The notes: a model not told the origin generated them from the letters alone. A DNA stretch of 60,610 nt, filler included, from 9 parts of 9 records of this genome joined end to end with filler, not necessarily neighbours in it; one strand, 5' to 3'. Shown: positions 9,668-19,943, counted from the whole stretch's first letter. Numbers and translations are program-made.

Positions 9668-10497
9668 GCCGTTTCTCCCTTAGAGAACGCTTCGAACAGC
9701 GCCCTGATGCGCGCGGTCTGCCGCAATTCCATTGGGGTGAGGAGCCAGATGGCGATACTGAAGGCCGGGTCGTCCGACAGGCGAACCAGGTGGGCCGATG
9801 CACCGGCGAGCGCCGCGGGCACGAGGCCTGCGCCAAGGCCAGCCTCGACGGCCCGAAACATGGCGAGCGGCGTGGGCACACTGGCTTGGGGACGTGCCAT
9901 GGGGTGAGTCTTGCGCAACCAACGGGCGGCCGGTTGGCTGCAATCGCGATGGCCATATTCGATCCAGGGCAGATCCTCCGTTCTCGCCGCAAGGTCCGCG
10001 CGTACGTAGGGATGGAACACCAGTGTGCCGATTTCCCGACCGAACAGATGGTCATCGGGCGCATTGGTCGCCCGCAGCGCAACCTCGGCCTCGCGCCGGG
10101 ATAGATTGCGCAGTTCCGATCCAATTTCCAAAGATATGTCTATCTCCGGGTGGTGTGTGCGAAAACGCGCGATCGTCGGCATATAGAGCCAGGCCAGAGC
10201 ATCGACGGTGGTCAGCTTGATATGGCCGGTCAAACGATGATCGCGACCGGTGATGTCGCGCTCAAGTCCCGCCAACTCGGCTTCTATGCGGCGTGCCGTT
10301 TCGAGAAGACGTTCACCTTCGGGGGTCAAAACAACCCCGTCATCGCGACGCTCGGCCAAAAGCGTGCCGTAATGCGCTTCAAGCTCCTTGAGCTTGCGCG
10401 ACACAGTGGTGTGCGCCACACCGAGCCGCCGCGCGGCTCCGGTGAAGCTTCGCGCATCGTCCAGTGCTGAAAAGATCGACAGGTCTGGCGGATTCAT
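9664..10497 (-). CDS. LysR family transcriptional regulator
   Basis: SFTGAARRLGVAHTTVSRKLKELE HTH; LSRREAEVALR; 4-nt overlap with the GNAT gene. Confidence 0.92.
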   Translation of the reverse strand: MNPPDLSIFSALDDARSFTGAARRLGVAHTTVSRKLKELEAHYGTLLAERRDDGVVLTPEGERLLETARRIEAELAGLERDITGRDHRLTGHIKLTTVDALAWLYMPTIARFRTHHPEIDISLEIGSELRNLSRREAEVALRATNAPDDHLFGREIGTLVFHPYVRADLAARTEDLPWIEYGHRDCSQPAARWLRKTHPMARPQASVPTPLAMFRAVEAGLGAGLVPAALAGASAHLVRLSDDPAFSIAIWLLTPMELRQTARIRALFEAFSKGETA

Positions 10498-10592
10498 TGA
10501 ACATTCCTGCACACTTGGAGCGAATTATCGCGCGTTGACGGTGCGTGAATGAACCACAATATTCCGACTGTGACCAGTCAGGACCCCTTCTC

Positions 10593-10994
10593 ATGTTCGT
10601 TTCTATTGCCCTTCTTGCCACCGGCGCCCTTGTGTTTGCTTCGGCCGCCGTCCAGCACCTCAATACCGTCGGCTCGCGCGGCGTGGGCTTCATCTTCACC
10701 GACCGCGCAACGCCGTTGAGCCGCGAAGGCTTCGCCGGGCGGGCCGCCAGGACCTTGCAGAACAACCTTGAATCCATGGGGATGGTCACGCCGGCCGCAC
10801 TGGTGCTGCTGCTTGCCGGTGCAGATGGTGTGGTGGTGAGTGGTGCAGCGCTGATTTATGCATTGTCCCGTGCGGGGTTCACGCTCAGCTATTGGGCAAG
10901 CATCAACAAGATGCGCTCGTTCTTTTGGGGCATCGGCATGGCGATGATTGCCGTCCTGACAGTCAACGCCATGCTTGTTGTGGTGGGCGGCTGA
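10593..10994 (+). CDS. MAPEG family membrane protein
   Basis: GRAARTLQNNLE motif, four hydrophobic helices, divergent from LysR. Confidence 0.8.
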   Translation: MFVSIALLATGALVFASAAVQHLNTVGSRGVGFIFTDRATPLSREGFAGRAARTLQNNLESMGMVTPAALVLLLAGADGVVVSGAALIYALSRAGFTLSYWASINKMRSFFWGIGMAMIAVLTVNAMLVVVGG

Positions 10995-11002
10995 CCTGAC
11001 GA

Positions 11003-11326
11003 CTACTCAGCCGCCGGCGCGCCGCGCTTGACGAAGCCATCAGGGTCGTCCTGAGTGCGGGCCAGCAACTCGGCAGCCTCGTTTGCTTCGCGCTGTCGGT
11101 TCCACATCTGGGCGTAGAGGCCATCCTGCCGCAGCAGATTGGCATGATCGCCGCGCTCGGCGATCTGCCCGTCGCGCAGCACCAGTATCTCGTCGGCATT
11201 GACGACGGTGGAGAGGCGGTGGGCGATGACGACAGTGGTGCGGTTGCGCGACACCTCGTCCAGAGCGGCCTGAATGTCCCGTTCGGTCTTGGTGTCCAGG
11301 GCCGAGGTCGCCTCGTCGAGAATGAG
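11003..11326 (-). CDS. ABCB/Atm1-like ABC transporter, C-terminal fragment
   Basis: [15 protein letters not shown] (Walker B, D-loop), IAHRLST (H-loop), [10 protein letters not shown]. Confidence 0.88.
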   Translation of the reverse strand, partial: LILDEATSALDTKTERDIQAALDEVSRNRTTVVIAHRLSTVVNADEILVLRDGQIAERGDHANLLRQDGLYAQMWNRQREANEAAELLARTQDDPDGFVKRGAPAAE

Positions 11327-11327
11327 G

Positions 11328-11427
11328 NNNNNNNNNNNNNNNNNNNNNNNNNNNNNNNNNNNNNNNNNNNNTTAATTAATTAANNNNNNNNNNNNNNNNN
11401 NNNNNNNNNNNNNNNNNNNNNNNNNNN
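11328..11427. other. Artificial contig linker
   Basis: N44-TTAATTAATTAA-N44. Confidence 0.99.
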
Positions 11428-11470
11428 AGGTACCTAAAACCTGCGTGTCTACCAATTTCACCACGCCCGC
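11428..11470 (-). tRNA. tRNA-Leu(TAG), 5' half (cut by contig end)
   Basis: Reverse complement GCGGGCGTGGTGAAATTGGTAGACACGCAGGT-TTTAGGT-ACCT: Leu-type D arm, TAG anticodon loop. Confidence 0.9.
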
Positions 11471-11526
11471 CCGAGCCTGCCATGGGGTTTGAAGCCCAAA
11501 AGCGCCCCGCCCCGAAGCGGTGCGAC

Positions 11527-11554
11527 ACTCTACTTATTTAGCCTACACTGTCAA
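11527..11554 (-). promoter_or_regulatory. Sigma70 promoter for tRNA-Leu
   Basis: TTGACA-16 nt-TAGAGT on the minus strand upstream of the tRNA. Confidence 0.55.
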
Positions 11555-11597
11555 TCGCAAGGAAATGGCTGAATTTAGGGGCTTATGGCCCTATGGC

Positions 11598-13022
11598 TCA
11601 GCCCTTGAGGAGCGCTCTGACCGAACTGGAGGTCGAAACCTTGCCCCGGGCGCTGTACGCTTCGTGGTTATCTTCAATCTTGTTGAGATGATACAGATAG
11701 TTGACCATCATCCCCGCGGACTGACGGATGCCGTTGGATGACGTGTCGCCCAGCCAGTTCAGCCGCTCAATCGCAGCCCCGTTCGACAGGTGGAAATGCG
11801 CGACCGGGTCGGCGGCGCGGCCTTCACGCCGTTTTTCCTCAACCAGATAACGGGCACAAAGGCGCATCAGAGGTGATTTCAACGCATCGGCCAGGGTTTC
11901 GTCCTGGTACCAGTCCGGCTTGCTCAGAACGTCCTTCACGACACCCTTGAGCCCTGTGTCTTTCTGGGTCACGGCCTTCAGGGCCTTGCGTTCCGCAGGT
12001 AAAAGAATCTTCGGATCACCTGCGGCAAACAGGTTATCCAGCCATTTGCGGAAACCGGGTATCGGCGACAGGGTCGAGAATGCCTTGAGATTATCGAATT
12101 CCTCACGCAGCTCGCCGACAACGCGCTTGATCAGGAAGTTCCCGAAGCTGATTCCGGCAAGACCTTGCTGGGCATTCGAGATCGAATAGAAAATCGCCGT
12201 GTCCGCTTCATGGGAATCCTGCAGCGGTGCATGTTCATCGAGCAGTTCCTGCACATTCCCGGCAATGCCGTTGACCAGCGCCACTTCGACAAAGATCAGC
12301 GGCTCATCCGGCATGCGCGGATGGAAGAACGCAAAGCAGCGACGGTCGGAATCGAGCCGGTTTTTCAGGTCATCCCAACCGGCAATGGCATGAACGGCTT
12401 CGTATGCGATGAGTTTTTCAAGAATGGTCGCGGGCGTTTTATCCCAGGATATCTGCCGCAGTTGCAGAAAATCGACATCAAACCAGGATATGAGAATGCC
12501 GCGTAAATCCCGCTCGAGGGCCTTCAACGCCTGGTCTTCCTTGGAAAAGCGCAGCAGTTCCGCGCGCATATCGACCAGGAACTTTACCCCGTCAGGCAGC
12601 GCATTGAACTGGGTCAGAAGCTTGGTACGGGGGGCATCGAGAGCTTTTTTGAGCAGATACTCGGCGTCGCGACGATCGTTTTCATCATCGGCGAGCTGAA
12701 CGGCATCCATGGCGGCATCGACCTGCCCCGGATCGGTGTCGAATTCACGGGCCAGAACGCCGAGAAAGCGTTTTCTGCCGTTTTCATCGAGGGCCAGATA
12801 AACCTGCCCCAGTTTTGCTGCTTCTGCCCTTGCAGAAACCTCGCCGCCTTTGTTGTTAAGGCAGGCGCGCATCTGTTTGCGCAGCGTTTCGATATCGGAA
12901 TCCGGCAGATCGGGCCGCGCCATGGCGACCGAAATGTCATAGCCGGACCCTGCAATCGCCCGCCATCCATCGCGGAGATTGTTGATCGTGCGGTCCAGAA
13001 AACTAGTAGGTTCACCATCCAT
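11598..13022 (-). CDS. Malonyl-CoA decarboxylase
   Basis: YEAVHAI, DRRCFAFFHP, FYSISNAQ.GL.GISFGNFLIKRVV, TLSPIPGF, DPVAHFHLSNGA. Confidence 0.95.
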   Translation of the reverse strand: MDGEPTSFLDRTINNLRDGWRAIAGSGYDISVAMARPDLPDSDIETLRKQMRACLNNKGGEVSARAEAAKLGQVYLALDENGRKRFLGVLAREFDTDPGQVDAAMDAVQLADDENDRRDAEYLLKKALDAPRTKLLTQFNALPDGVKFLVDMRAELLRFSKEDQALKALERDLRGILISWFDVDFLQLRQISWDKTPATILEKLIAYEAVHAIAGWDDLKNRLDSDRRCFAFFHPRMPDEPLIFVEVALVNGIAGNVQELLDEHAPLQDSHEADTAIFYSISNAQQGLAGISFGNFLIKRVVGELREEFDNLKAFSTLSPIPGFRKWLDNLFAAGDPKILLPAERKALKAVTQKDTGLKGVVKDVLSKPDWYQDETLADALKSPLMRLCARYLVEEKRREGRAADPVAHFHLSNGAAIERLNWLGDTSSNGIRQSAGMMVNYLYHLNKIEDNHEAYSARGKVSTSSSVRALLKG

Positions 13023-13087
13023 GTCGGTAAATTGCCCCTAATGTATGTCGATTTCAAGGCGGCTTCTTTAAGCCATTGATAACGTGT

Positions 13088-14533
13088 CTATTCGGATAAG
13101 ACGGATGGCAGCATATCGGCGATGTCCTCGGCGATCAGGCCGGGCCCAAAGCGTCCTGCAGCAGCTCCATGAAGCCAGACACCTGCCTGCGCAGCCATGA
13201 ATGGCGAAACCCCCGTCGCCATCAAACCTGCGATAATGCCCCCAAGCACATCCCCTGCCCCGGCAGTCCCCAGCCATGTCGGTGCATTGGCATTGATCGC
13301 GGTACGGCCGTCCGGCGCGGCGATTACGGTGTCGGCCCCTTTCAGAACAATAACGGCGTTTGTCAGTTCGGCGGCAGCGCGGGCGCGGCTGAGTTTATTA
13401 CCCGAAAACTTGAATAAACGCCGAAACTCCCCTTCGTGTGGGGTCATCACACAACGCCCCCGTATTTGCCGGAACAGGGTTTTCGGATCGTCGGCGAAAG
13501 ATGTCAGGGCGTCGGCATCCAGGACCACCGAACGCACGCCCTTGTCGATAGCCTGTAAAACCATCGCACGTGTCTCATCACCGACGCCGATTCCGGGACC
13601 GATCAACACCGCATTGCGGCGCACATCCGACAGATTGTCTTCAAAATGATCCCGAACTTCGACGATGTTGCCGGGATCACCCGCCAGGTAGGTTTGCAGA
13701 GCGCTTTCTGGGACCGCCAGCGTCACCAGCCCGGCCCCGGCCCTGCGTGCGGCTCGGGCTGCAAGCCGCGCAGCGCCGGTCATGGCGGCACTGCCGGCAA
13801 CAACCAGGTGTCCCCTGTCGTATTTGTGGTGTGTTACTGAGCGAAGGCCGAAAACCTGCGCCGACCAGTTGTCCGGCTTATTTTCAAAAGTTTCCGGGGC
13901 AATCCTATCAAGAGCCGAACCGGGAATGCCGATGTCCACGACATGAACCTGTCCGCAATGGCCACGTCCCGGATACAAAAGGTGACCGGGTTTTTTGCGA
14001 AAAAACGTGACCGTTTCTCGGGCTGGTAAAGCCGTTCCCATTACTGCACCGCTATCCCCGTTGATCCCGCTGGGCAGATCAACCGCGATGGATGGAAGTT
14101 CAAGTGCCGCCGCCGCATTGATGACGTGGGCGCATACCCCTTCGATATCGCGGGCCAACCCTGCACCGAACAGCGCATCGATCAGGATACAGCCTTCCTC
14201 CAGAACCATCGGGGCCATGGGCTCGACGGTACCCTGCCAGCGTTTGTAATTCGCCTTTGCATCACCGGTCAGTTTTTCCGGATCGCCGAGCGCTGCGATG
14301 CGAACCCTGTACCCCCTGTTTTTCAGATAACGGGCCGCGACATAACCATCACCGCCATTGTTGCCGGGCCCGCAGAGAACAACGATCGGCTTTTTACCGG
14401 CAAGCCGCTGGGCTCGTTCAGCAACCGCCCTGCCGGCCCGTTCCATCAGAGTCATTCCCGGGACACCGGATGCTATGGCAGCCCGGTCGGCAGCGCCCAT
14501 CTGAGCGACAGTCAGGAGTGCGTTTTCGTACAT
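13088..14533 (-). CDS. nnr: Bifunctional NAD(P)HX epimerase/dehydratase (YjeF)
   Basis: CGPGNNGGDG, DALFGAG, HKYDRG, VLDADAL, TPHEGEF, AGAGDVL. Confidence 0.95.
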   Translation of the reverse strand: MYENALLTVAQMGAADRAAIASGVPGMTLMERAGRAVAERAQRLAGKKPIVVLCGPGNNGGDGYVAARYLKNRGYRVRIAALGDPEKLTGDAKANYKRWQGTVEPMAPMVLEEGCILIDALFGAGLARDIEGVCAHVINAAAALELPSIAVDLPSGINGDSGAVMGTALPARETVTFFRKKPGHLLYPGRGHCGQVHVVDIGIPGSALDRIAPETFENKPDNWSAQVFGLRSVTHHKYDRGHLVVAGSAAMTGAARLAARAARRAGAGLVTLAVPESALQTYLAGDPGNIVEVRDHFEDNLSDVRRNAVLIGPGIGVGDETRAMVLQAIDKGVRSVVLDADALTSFADDPKTLFRQIRGRCVMTPHEGEFRRLFKFSGNKLSRARAAAELTNAVIVLKGADTVIAAPDGRTAINANAPTWLGTAGAGDVLGGIIAGLMATGVSPFMAAQAGVWLHGAAAGRFGPGLIAEDIADMLPSVLSE

Positions 14534-14712
14534 GCGTGAATCGTACACGGTGTTTCAGCGATGCTAAATACCTGCTGTTCGCAGTTCTAAAGATTTTTGC
14601 GGATAATGCCGATTGCCTTCGTACAGGCATTGAGAGAAGTCAAAGTCACCATTAAGCTGATCATTGTGCACTGCCGAAACCGGCGGTCGTCACCGGCATG
14701 AAGGAGCACGCT

Positions 14713-15345
14713 ATGCCTGCACGAATCATCGCCGTTGCGCAGCAGAAAGGCGGCGCCGGAAAAACCACACTTGCCGCGCAGCTGGCGGTTGCCTGGTCGG
14801 CCAAACGTAAGGTCGCGCTGATGGATATCGATCCGCAGTCCAGCCTGACGGCCTGGCATCGCCTGAGGGCATCCAGCAGCCGTGACATTGCACAGATACA
14901 CCTCAGTGATGTGTCGGGCTGGCGTGTCGGCACCGAACTCGACCGCTTGAAGAACAATTATGACATCGTGCTGATCGATTGCCCGCCGCACGCCGAAACC
15001 GAAACCAAGAACGCCATGCGCTCTGCGGATCTGGTGGTCATCCCGGTTCAACCCTCCCCCATGGATGTCTGGGCGACGACCCCGACGGCGGAATTCGCCA
15101 AGGATCAGGGAACGGATGTTCGACTTGTCCTGAACAGGGTCCCACCGCGTTCAAGGCTGGTCGATGCGGTGCAGGGATTGCTGCGGGAAAGCGATCTTAA
15201 GCTGACGACAAACACGCTCGGTAATCGTGTTGCCTTTGCTGCTTCGATGATGGAAGGCTTGGGCGTCACGGAAAGTGAACCGTCCTCGCAGGCCGCCGAT
15301 GAGATCAAGGCGCTCGCTCAGGAACTCGAAAAGGCTGCAAAATGA
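14713..15345 (+). CDS. Orphan ParA-family ATPase (short, no N-terminal HTH)
   Basis: QKGGAGKTT deviant Walker A, DIDPQ, IDCPP; AAGGAG RBS; no parB on this contig. Confidence 0.9.
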   Translation: MPARIIAVAQQKGGAGKTTLAAQLAVAWSAKRKVALMDIDPQSSLTAWHRLRASSSRDIAQIHLSDVSGWRVGTELDRLKNNYDIVLIDCPPHAETETKNAMRSADLVVIPVQPSPMDVWATTPTAEFAKDQGTDVRLVLNRVPPRSRLVDAVQGLLRESDLKLTTNTLGNRVAFAASMMEGLGVTESEPSSQAADEIKALAQELEKAAK

Positions 15346-15812
15346 TTGAACTATCTCCCTTAATGCTTGGGCTTCATGCCCTGTTCGCCGTGGTTTGGGT
15401 CGGCGGCATGTTCTTTGCCTATCAGGTGCTTCGGCCGAGCGTCCCGGGCATTGAGCCGCCGCCGGAACGTCTGAAGCTTTGGGATCGGGTGTTCGTCCGT
15501 TTCTTTTTCTGGGTCTGGATCGCCGTGGTTGCGTTGCCGTCCACAGGCTACTGGCAGGTCTTCGTCGATTTTGGCGGCTTTGCCGGTGCCGGGCTTCATA
15601 TTCACTGGATGCACGGTACAGGCTGGCTGATGATCATCCTGTTCGTCTACATGTACATGAAGCCCTACGCGGCGTTTCGGGGTGCTGTTGCAGATGAGAA
15701 CTGGGATCAGGCGCGCCAAAGTCTTGAGCGGATCCGCACCATCGTCGGCATCAATCTGGTTCTGGGTTTGATTACGGTCGTGCTTGGATCAACCGGCCGC
15801 CTATGGACCTAG
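15342..15812 (+). CDS. CopD-like four-TM membrane protein
   Basis: HALFAVVWVGGMFFAY..LRP motif; ATGA overlap with ParA. Confidence 0.75.
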   Translation: MIELSPLMLGLHALFAVVWVGGMFFAYQVLRPSVPGIEPPPERLKLWDRVFVRFFFWVWIAVVALPSTGYWQVFVDFGGFAGAGLHIHWMHGTGWLMIILFVYMYMKPYAAFRGAVADENWDQARQSLERIRTIVGINLVLGLITVVLGSTGRLWT

Positions 15813-15818
15813 TTACCG

Positions 15819-17051
15819 TTATTTGACCAGTTTCGCCGTCAGGCTGATCTCATGGGTGATGGTCTGATGGACGGGGCAGCGTTCGGCGATCTCGAAAATC
15901 TTCTGACGCTGTTCGTCACTCAAATCACCCTGAAGGCTGATCTCGGTTTCGATCCGGTCAATATTTCCTTCCCGGGTTTCACAGGTTTCGCAGTCTTCGG
16001 CATGGATTTTATCATGCCGAAGCGTGACCCTGGCCCGATCCAATGGCCACCCCTTGCGGTCCGCATACATGCGCATGGTCATGGATTTGCAACTGCCGAG
16101 CGCGGCCAGCAGATAATCGTAGGGTGACGGGCCGCTGTCATTCCCACCGACGCTGGGCGGTTCGTCGGCTGTCATCAGGTGGCGGCCGCCAACCGAAAGG
16201 GCATTCGCGAATTTACCCTTCCCGGTTTCCTCTACGACGACAGCATCTTCAGGTGCGTTCAGATCCGCAGAGGTTTCGGAATCGATAGAAGCCCCGATAT
16301 AGCGCGCCGCCCAGGCAGCGATGACATTGGCGCAATAGACCGCGTCTTCACGTTTCGACAGCAGATGATCGGCATCGTCAAGAGACACGAAGCTCTTGGG
16401 ATGACGTGCATGGAGGTAGATGTCCTGGGCGTTATCGATCCCGACAATATTGTCGATGGGTGAATGGAAGATCAGCAGGGCGCGTCCGAGATGAGCAACG
16501 CAATCCATGAGCTTTTGGCCGCGGATGTCGTCCAGAAACTGTTTTTTGATTCGGAACGGTCGCCCGACAAGCGTCACCTCCGCTTCGCCCTCGGCATCGA
16601 TTTTTTTGATGTCTTCGGCGAAGTTGTTGGCGACATGACCCGGATCCGACGGGGCACCAATGGTGCAGACGGCTTCAACCTCGTCAATCTTAGCCGCGGC
16701 GGCAAGGACGGCTGCACCGCCGAGAGAATGCCCGATCAGGATTTGCGGCGCAGACAACTGATCGCGCATGTAATCGGCAGCGGCGACCAGATCACCGACG
16801 TTTGAGGTAAAGTTGGTATTGGCGAATTCCCCTTCACTGGCGCCCAATCCGGTGAAGTCGAACCGCAGCACGGCAATGCCATGTGCTGTCAGACCTTCGG
16901 CAATCCGGCTGGCAGCAAAAATATCCTTGGTGCAGGTGAAGCAATGCGCGAACAGGGCATAGGCCTTGATTTGGCCATCCGGCACATCCAGCCGGGCCGC
17001 AAGTTCGTCACCAAGAGCCCCGGTGAATTTTATTTTCTCGCTTTTGGGCAC
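15819..17051 (-). CDS. Alpha/beta hydrolase-OsmC fusion protein
   Basis: AHCFTC, GHSLGG nucleophile elbow, ALGSCKSMT and AERCPVH OsmC cysteines. Confidence 0.92.
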   Translation of the reverse strand: MPKSEKIKFTGALGDELAARLDVPDGQIKAYALFAHCFTCTKDIFAASRIAEGLTAHGIAVLRFDFTGLGASEGEFANTNFTSNVGDLVAAADYMRDQLSAPQILIGHSLGGAAVLAAAAKIDEVEAVCTIGAPSDPGHVANNFAEDIKKIDAEGEAEVTLVGRPFRIKKQFLDDIRGQKLMDCVAHLGRALLIFHSPIDNIVGIDNAQDIYLHARHPKSFVSLDDADHLLSKREDAVYCANVIAAWAARYIGASIDSETSADLNAPEDAVVVEETGKGKFANALSVGGRHLMTADEPPSVGGNDSGPSPYDYLLAALGSCKSMTMRMYADRKGWPLDRARVTLRHDKIHAEDCETCETREGNIDRIETEISLQGDLSDEQRQKIFEIAERCPVHQTITHEISLTAKLVK

Positions 17052-17053
17052 GA

Positions 17054-17575
17054 CTAAATTCCTCGTTTAGGGACGGTTCCGTAATAGGCGTAGTGATCAT
17101 CGTTAATCGTCGCCGGGTCTATCGTGGAGAAAATTCGTGAAACATGCCTGCCATCGGTGCTGTAAGGCAGACGTATTGACATACGCGATGAATTGACCCC
17201 GGAACGTGTCACGATCGGCGTGTGACACAATACGGCTTTGCGGCGTTCCACCACATCCTCATATTCCTTGCGGTTGCCTTCGCGCATGGTTCTTTCGGCA
17301 ATAGCTGACAATAGCTTGCCGGACATTTCCGCCCCGATGAGATTGGTGCGTTCCGTCCCCCAGAAGCGGAAACGGAAATCCAGTGGATCGTCTTCGACGT
17401 CGACCAGCACGGACCATGGCAACAGCTTTGACGGAACCATTTCGAGCGAGAAATTGCTCTCCAAGGGTAAATCCGGTGACTTTGGAAATGATGCCCAGAC
17501 ATCATACATGCCCTTGAGTATTTCCGGCATGTCGGTTGTCTGATCAATGTCGATGATCTTTATGTTTTGCATCAC
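17054..17575 (-). CDS. Stand-alone PAS-like (PAS_5 type) protein
   Basis: LLPWSVLVDV..FRFRFWGT...RLP pattern. Confidence 0.65.
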   Translation of the reverse strand: MMQNIKIIDIDQTTDMPEILKGMYDVWASFPKSPDLPLESNFSLEMVPSKLLPWSVLVDVEDDPLDFRFRFWGTERTNLIGAEMSGKLLSAIAERTMREGNRKEYEDVVERRKAVLCHTPIVTRSGVNSSRMSIRLPYSTDGRHVSRIFSTIDPATINDDHYAYYGTVPKRGI

Positions 17576-17628
17576 CCACAGAATAGCATGGCAGTCCGTT
17601 AACGCATTTCAATTCTCATATCGACCGG

Positions 17629-18426
17629 TCAGCCTGGATACCAGGCGGCATTCCGCTTTTCTTTGAAGCTTAGCAGACCTTCGGCGGCATCATCCGTCTG
17701 ACGTTGCAGGGAATGACTTTCCGCAAGCTGCCCTGCAAGTGCATCGTCGATGTAAAGACCAGAAGTCTCAAACAGGATGCGTTTGGTTTCCGCCATGCCG
17801 GACGGCCCGTTCATCAGAATGGCGTTAATCACGGCCTCACCGGTTTCCGACAATTCGTCGCGTCCGCAGACAGCATGAACCAGTCCGAGTTTTTCGGCGG
17901 TATGAGCATCGAAGCGTTCCGCTGTGATGGCATAGCGGCGCACCTGCCTGGGGCCGATAGCGGCTGCGAGTTGCGGAATAATCGGACCGGCGTGTAGACC
18001 CCAGCGAACCTCGGCAATTGAAAACAGAGCATCATCACTGGCAATGACCACGTCACACGCAGCAAGAATGCCCGTGCCTCCGCCAAAGCAGGCACCGTGC
18101 ACCAGTGCAACGGTCGGTTTCATGCACTCATTCAGGACGCGAACGGCATCCGTGGTCTGCTGCGATACGGCGAGATTCTCTGCCGGAGTTCCCTTTCGCA
18201 CGGCATCGAGCCAGGCAAGATCAGCTCCTGCCTGGAAGTGTTTGCCGTTCCCCTTGATGATAATGACCCGGACACTGTCATCGCTGCCGAGTGCTTTTGC
18301 ACCTTCGAGCAGATTCTTCACCATATCACCGTCATAGGCGTTATTAACGTGTGGTCTGTTGAGCGTGACCGTTGCGACGCCGCGGCTATCGATATCGCAA
18401 AGGACGCTGGGCTGTTCTTCTGACAT
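17629..18426 (-). CDS. Enoyl-CoA hydratase family (methylglutaconyl-CoA hydratase-like)
   Basis: TLNRPHVNNA, FQAGADL, GACFGGG, EVRWGL. Confidence 0.9.
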   Translation of the reverse strand: MSEEQPSVLCDIDSRGVATVTLNRPHVNNAYDGDMVKNLLEGAKALGSDDSVRVIIIKGNGKHFQAGADLAWLDAVRKGTPAENLAVSQQTTDAVRVLNECMKPTVALVHGACFGGGTGILAACDVVIASDDALFSIAEVRWGLHAGPIIPQLAAAIGPRQVRRYAITAERFDAHTAEKLGLVHAVCGRDELSETGEAVINAILMNGPSGMAETKRILFETSGLYIDDALAGQLAESHSLQRQTDDAAEGLLSFKEKRNAAWYPG

Positions 18427-18500
18427 TATTTCCTCCGGGTAATTCGTGAACTTTCCTTTTAACGCTTCGATCCTGTCTGGACAAAAAGTCTTCAGTCCCG

Positions 18501-19151
18501 ATGATGGTTTTCATGAAAAAACCTGCATTCACCAAGCACGATGTCGAGGTCATCAGGAAGGAATCCGGATATTCGGGATTTTTTGATCTGAATATCTACA
18601 CACTGCGCCATAAGAAATTCGAAGGCGGTTGGGCACCTGAAATCACCCGTGAGATATTCGAGCGCGGCCATGCGGTTGCCGTTCTTCCCTATGACCCCAA
18701 ACTGGACACGGTGCTTTTGCTCGAACAGTTCCGGCCGGGCAGTTATTTTTCGATGTCATCCCCTTGGTTTGGCGATAATGCCTCCCCGTGGATGTACGAA
18801 GGGGTCGCCGGCATGATCGAGGACGGCGAGTCGCCCGAGGAAGTCGCTTACCGCGAAGCGGTCGAGGAAACCGGAACGCCGTTATCGGATTTGATTCCCG
18901 TGAGCCACTATCTGGTCAGCCCGGGCGGCACGACCGAGTCTGTCTTCGTGTTTATCGGCCTGGCTGATTTATCGAGCGTTGACGGTATACATGGGATTGA
19001 CCACGAAGGTGAGGATATTCGCCCATTCACCCTGCCGCTTCGCGAAGCTTACGAGATGATTGAAACCGGGACGATAAACAACGCGATGTCGATCATTGCC
19101 CTGCAATGGCTGATGTTGAACAAGGAGAAAGTTCTGGATAAATGGGGCTGA
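18501..19151 (+). CDS. nudF: ADP-ribose pyrophosphatase (Nudix)
   Basis: REIFERGHAV, EQFR, Nudix box AGMIE.GE.PEEVAYREAVEETG, SPGG, EGEDI. Confidence 0.88.
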   Translation: MMVFMKKPAFTKHDVEVIRKESGYSGFFDLNIYTLRHKKFEGGWAPEITREIFERGHAVAVLPYDPKLDTVLLLEQFRPGSYFSMSSPWFGDNASPWMYEGVAGMIEDGESPEEVAYREAVEETGTPLSDLIPVSHYLVSPGGTTESVFVFIGLADLSSVDGIHGIDHEGEDIRPFTLPLREAYEMIETGTINNAMSIIALQWLMLNKEKVLDKWG

Positions 19152-19273
19152 AGCGACCTTATCGGTCTGGAATTCAGCCGAATGCTTGATCGTGTGTGGT
19201 GCCGTCGATAATCTGAATTCATAAATGATCAAATCAAGTGTGAAAACGCGCTTACGACCGGGGAAATCATTCG

Positions 19274-19582
19274 ATGGATATCAAGAACGGTTTTGAAGAA
19301 ACCGTCGGCAACACGCCACTCATCAGGCTGGCTGCAATTTCAGAGGCCACAGGCTGTGAGATCTACGGCAAAGCGGAATTTCTCAACCCCGGGCAATCAG
19401 TAAAAGACCGTCCTGCTCGGCAGATGGTGCTGGATGCGGAAGAAGCCGGTATTCTGAAACCCGGCGGCACGATCGTCGAGGGGACTGCCGGAAATACGGG
19501 TATCGGTCTGGCTTTGATGGCCAATACGCGCGGCTACAAATGCAAGATCGTCATTCCGGAAACGCAGAGCCAGGAAAAGAAA
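19274..19582 (+). CDS. cysK: Cysteine synthase A (3' truncated)
   Basis: [22 protein letters not shown] (PLP lysine), [12 protein letters not shown]. Confidence 0.9.
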
Positions 19583-19682
19583 NNNNNNNNNNNNNNNNNN
19601 NNNNNNNNNNNNNNNNNNNNNNNNNNTTAATTAATTAANNNNNNNNNNNNNNNNNNNNNNNNNNNNNNNNNNNNNNNNNNNN
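19583..19682. other. Artificial contig linker
   Basis: N44-TTAATTAATTAA-N44. Confidence 0.99.
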
Positions 19683-19712
19683 CCGGTTCCCACTTTTCGG
19701 AACACGCTTTAG
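19683..19712. repeat. End of a Hyphomicrobiales-type palindromic intergenic repeat (RIME-like)
   Basis: CCGGTTCCCACTTTTCGGAACACGCTTTAG resembles the recurrent ACCGGTTCCCACTTTTCGG...GCT(C/T)TAG element; lies at a contig break. Confidence 0.6.
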
Positions 19713-19943
19713 TCCAACTCAATAGTCTGTCGAAGCAACCTGCTCCCAACCGAGCCAGAACGGTTGGATTTTTTGGTCCAATCATAGCCCCTGCGGGTTG
19801 CAATGGGGTGCATCTGCTGGTGGGCTTGAATGCGCGCATCGGTAAAGCCTGAGACAGTTCAATGACTTATTCAGGAACGCAATCAATTGCTCCGTGAAAT
19901 GGTCTGGGTTGCGTTGTGTCCAAGTGAATGATATCCCAGCCTC

